A DNA stretch of 64,000 nt from an uncultured delta proteobacterium (GTDB lineage Bacteria; Myxococcota_A; Polyangia; Fen-1088). Both the position numbers and the translations under genes were made by a program. Below are positions 61,407 through 64,000 of this stretch, in pieces. The notes below the pieces were generated by a model, which saw only the letters and a program-made list of their open reading frames with translations, did no database searches and was not told the origin of the DNA. Position 1 is the first letter of the stretch; every line of letters starts with the position of its first letter. Location: NCBI GenBank assembly GCA_963767925.1, contig CAVYGB010000002.1:320001-384000 (forward strand). Reading direction: 5' to 3'.

Positions 61407-63122
61407 TCAGGGGCCGAACAGGGTCGGCACCGCCACCGGGAACGACTCGCCGTCGATCACGACGTCGGCGCGCACCGTGGTGCCCTCGAGCGGCAAGGTG
61501 ACGGCGAACTCGCGGGTCAGGTCGTCGGACATGAGGTTGATCGAGACCGGCGCGTTGACCACCCGCCCGTCGTCGAGCACCAGCCGGGCGTAGCGCTGGC
61601 TGTTCATGGCCGCGTCCGCCTCGACAAGCCGTTCGGCGACAACGCCCCAGTTGGGCCGCTCGCCCGGGCCCATGTAGCCCAGCAGCGAACGTTCGGCCAG
61701 GGCCGACGTCCCGGGCGGCTGCGCGCTCATGCCGCTCACCATGCGCACGCGCCCCTCGAACCGGCTCCACATGAAGTCGCTGATCCAGCGCGGCCGGCAG
61801 TAGCCCATCAGCTCCTTGAACATGGCCTTGCTCTTGAGGGCGTTCTCGCTGAGGCTCCAGCCGTCGGTGGCCAGAGCGCCCCCGGGCAGCGGGTACATCA
61901 CGCTCCCGCCACCGGCTCCGCAAGCGTCGACGTGGGGCTGACCGTGGTTGTGCCCCAGCTCGTGCGCCACCGTGTTGGTGTTGCCGTCGATGGCCCGGCC
62001 GCGCACCAGCGTCAGCGAGACCCGGCGCGATCCCGGGTCGTTGTTGTTGCCGCCGCCCCCGCCGGCCGTGCCGGCGAAGGTGAAGGTGGTGTCCTCGCGG
62101 GCCACCAGCAGGTGGTAATACTCCCAGGGACGGGCGCTGGCGCCGTCGGCGGTGCGGGCGTCGCGGATCAGGCCGAAGGCCGCTCCCCGCTCGGTGATCC
62201 GGGCGGTCACCGTGACCGGCTCGCGGATGCGCAGGTTCACCTTCTGCACCGGGTAGACGTCGTAGACGTCATTCTCCAGCTTGCGCAGGCGCTCCGGGGT
62301 GTTGACCAGCGGGCCCCCCGGACCGGTCACCGGAACGCCGACGATGTCGAGCACCATGCGGCCGGCCTTGACCGCCAGGTCGACGGCGCCCTCGGCGGGG
62401 AAGCGGGGTGGCGGCGACGGGTCGGCGCCGGTGGCCTGGCCGGCCTCGAACAGCGACACCGCCAGGCTGGCGCCCGGCTTCACCTCGGAGGCAGGGACGA
62501 GGATGTTGAAGGTGCTGGCGGCGCGGGCGGCCTCGGAGGCGCCGGTGATCATCTTCGCCTCCTCGAACTGCTTGCCCCCACCGGCGTAGGTGATGGCGGC
62601 GACGCCCCGGAGCTGCCGGGCGGTGTAGCCCATGCCGGGCCGCACGTGGATGCGGACCACCAGGGGTCGGCCCTCGATGATGGGCGCGTTGCGCATCCCC
62701 GGGGCCACCTGGCCCTCGCCGTCACCGAGCTTGATGAAGGTGGCCTGGGAGACCTCGACCAGGCTGACCTGGATGTTGCGGGCCCAGGGGCCGTCCGGGC
62801 CGGCGGGCGGCGATCCCGGGTTGGCCCCGGCGCCTCCCGAGGGCGGCGCGGGAGGCATGCCCGGCGGCCCGACCGTCGGCGGGACGGTGACCGGCGGCGG
62901 GGTCATGCCGGGCGGGACCGGCGGCGGGTTGGTGGGACCCTCGTTGTTGCCCGGCGGGTTGACCGGGGGCGGGGGGGTGGTGGTGGGCGGCGTGACGCTG
63001 GGGCCGGGGTTGCTGCCGCCGGGCGGCGGCTCGGCCGGCAACGGCTCGACGTCTCCACCGCACTGGGCTGCCAGAACCAGGACGAGTGCGCTCCAAGACG
63101 GGAATCGACGACGTGGATGCAT
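61407..63122 (-). CDS. Zinc metallopeptidase lipoprotein (metzincin, M66-like)
   Basis: Lipobox AAQC; Pro linker; AHELGHNHGQPH (HExxHxxGxxH); Met-turn ELMGYC...WISD. Confidence 0.85.
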   Translation of the reverse strand: MHPRRRFPSWSALVLVLAAQCGGDVEPLPAEPPPGGSNPGPSVTPPTTTPPPPVNPPGNNEGPTNPPPVPPGMTPPPVTVPPTVGPPGMPPAPPSGGAGANPGSPPAGPDGPWARNIQVSLVEVSQATFIKLGDGEGQVAPGMRNAPIIEGRPLVVRIHVRPGMGYTARQLRGVAAITYAGGGKQFEEAKMITGASEAARAASTFNILVPASEVKPGASLAVSLFEAGQATGADPSPPPRFPAEGAVDLAVKAGRMVLDIVGVPVTGPGGPLVNTPERLRKLENDVYDVYPVQKVNLRIREPVTVTARITERGAAFGLIRDARTADGASARPWEYYHLLVAREDTTFTFAGTAGGGGGNNNDPGSRRVSLTLVRGRAIDGNTNTVAHELGHNHGQPHVDACGAGGGSVMYPLPGGALATDGWSLSENALKSKAMFKELMGYCRPRWISDFMWSRFEGRVRMVSGMSAQPPGTSALAERSLLGYMGPGERPNWGVVAERLVEADAAMNSQRYARLVLDDGRVVNAPVSINLMSDDLTREFAVTLPLEGTTVRADVVIDGESFPVAVPTLFGP

Positions 63123-63343
63123 GCTGTCTCCTTCCCCGCCGGTGGGTCGGCCGCGCGGCTGCGAGGTCCGGGGGCAATGCTGCGATGGGGCAGTCTCCGG
63201 ATGCGGGGATAACGTGAATTAGTGTTGCCGGCGAACCAGCATCGTTACCCCGACCCGTCGATTTTCCTGGCTCGATTTGTGACACCTGAACGGCGCCTGC
63301 GGTCACGCGCCCGGGACCCCGTCCGCGGGCGGCCCCGGCGGCG

Positions 63344-64000
63344 TCAATTCACGATCAGCGTCTTGCACCCGAAGCGGAGGTCGACCCGGGCGGTCTCGTC
63401 GCCCTCCAGCGCCTTGCACGACGCCTCGCAGACCTGCACCCGGGTGGGCGCCCCCCCGGTCGCCGGGTCTGCATCGTAATACCAGCCCCCGCGGGTCGGG
63501 TCGCAGCCGGCGGCGTCGCGCACGTAGGGGAGGTCCTCGTCGCGGGCGCTGGCCGTCACGTGGACGTTGACCTTGCCGTAGTCGAGCACCCCCGTGCGCG
63601 GCTGCGGGATGGTGAAGGCGCAGGGGACCGCCAGGGTGCGGATCTGGTTGAAGGCGTCCTGCAGCCGGCGGTTGAGGTCGTCGGTCGGGTTGATCACGAA
63701 CTCGGTCGTGCCCCCGGCGGTCGCCAGGCGGGCCACCACGTTGCCCGCGCCGCGGGCGATCTCCTCGGGCGTGAAGACGCCGATGATGAAGGTCGCGATG
63801 GGGGGGCTGGCCTGGCGGGCGGCGGCGACCGGGGCGGCGATGGCCTCGATGGCCACCGGGTCGCACAGGGTTGGCTCGCCGTCGGTGACGACCACCAGGG
63901 CGCCCTTGTTCCCGGCGCTGGCCGCCAGGCGGGCCGAGAGCTGGTCGAGGGCGCCCAGGACCGCCGGCCCGGTGGGGGTGCCCGACGTCCTCGCCGCCCT
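63344..64000 (-). CDS. von Willebrand factor A domain protein (5' end outside the window)
   Basis: GTPTGPAVLGA...LVVVTDGEP...TFIIGV...LATAGGT...CAFTIP...GGWYYD...C..SC, typical of myxobacterial vWA proteins. Confidence 0.82.
   Translation of the reverse strand, partial: RAARTSGTPTGPAVLGALDQLSARLAASAGNKGALVVVTDGEPTLCDPVAIEAIAAPVAAARQASPPIATFIIGVFTPEEIARGAGNVVARLATAGGTTEFVINPTDDLNRRLQDAFNQIRTLAVPCAFTIPQPRTGVLDYGKVNVHVTASARDEDLPYVRDAAGCDPTRGGWYYDADPATGGAPTRVQVCEASCKALEGDETARVDLRFGCKTLIVN

Overview
Very GC-rich bacterial DNA with a Myxococcota-like gene repertoire (inferred from a Ser/Thr kinase-PEGA/TPR module, many Gly/Pro-linker lipoproteins, a MYXO-CTERM-like tail and an AgmX-type protein). 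About 45 genes, mostly signalling (two ECF sigma factors, four hybrid histidine kinases, two CheR/CheB sets, an MCP) and secreted or surface proteins. No rRNA, tRNA, CRISPR array, integrase or transposase was recognised. Best candidate for an undescribed system: a co-oriented minus-strand cluster at 17.1-25.8 kb encoding a dual-PilZ/GNAT-like protein, a fatty acid desaturase, a ~7-TM sensor with two kinase cores, a flavin-dependent halogenase and a membrane protein, which looks like a c-di-GMP-gated small-molecule signal synthesis and sensing unit. Other highlights: a leader/amphipathic-core peptide next to a CPBP protease in a lower-GC segment, an ECF sigma factor fused to a TM helix and LamG domain, a structured candidate ncRNA behind a sigma54-like promoter (35.65-35.95 kb), a 15x EGF-repeat lipoprotein, a gingipain-like C25 protease with a MYXO-CTERM-like tail, a perfect 48-bp inverted repeat, and tandem repeats anchored on stop codons. 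Several single-base indels (halogenase, HEAT protein, many at 50.4-53.3 kb) are most likely sequencing errors. All family assignments are from motif recognition by eye; no searches were run.
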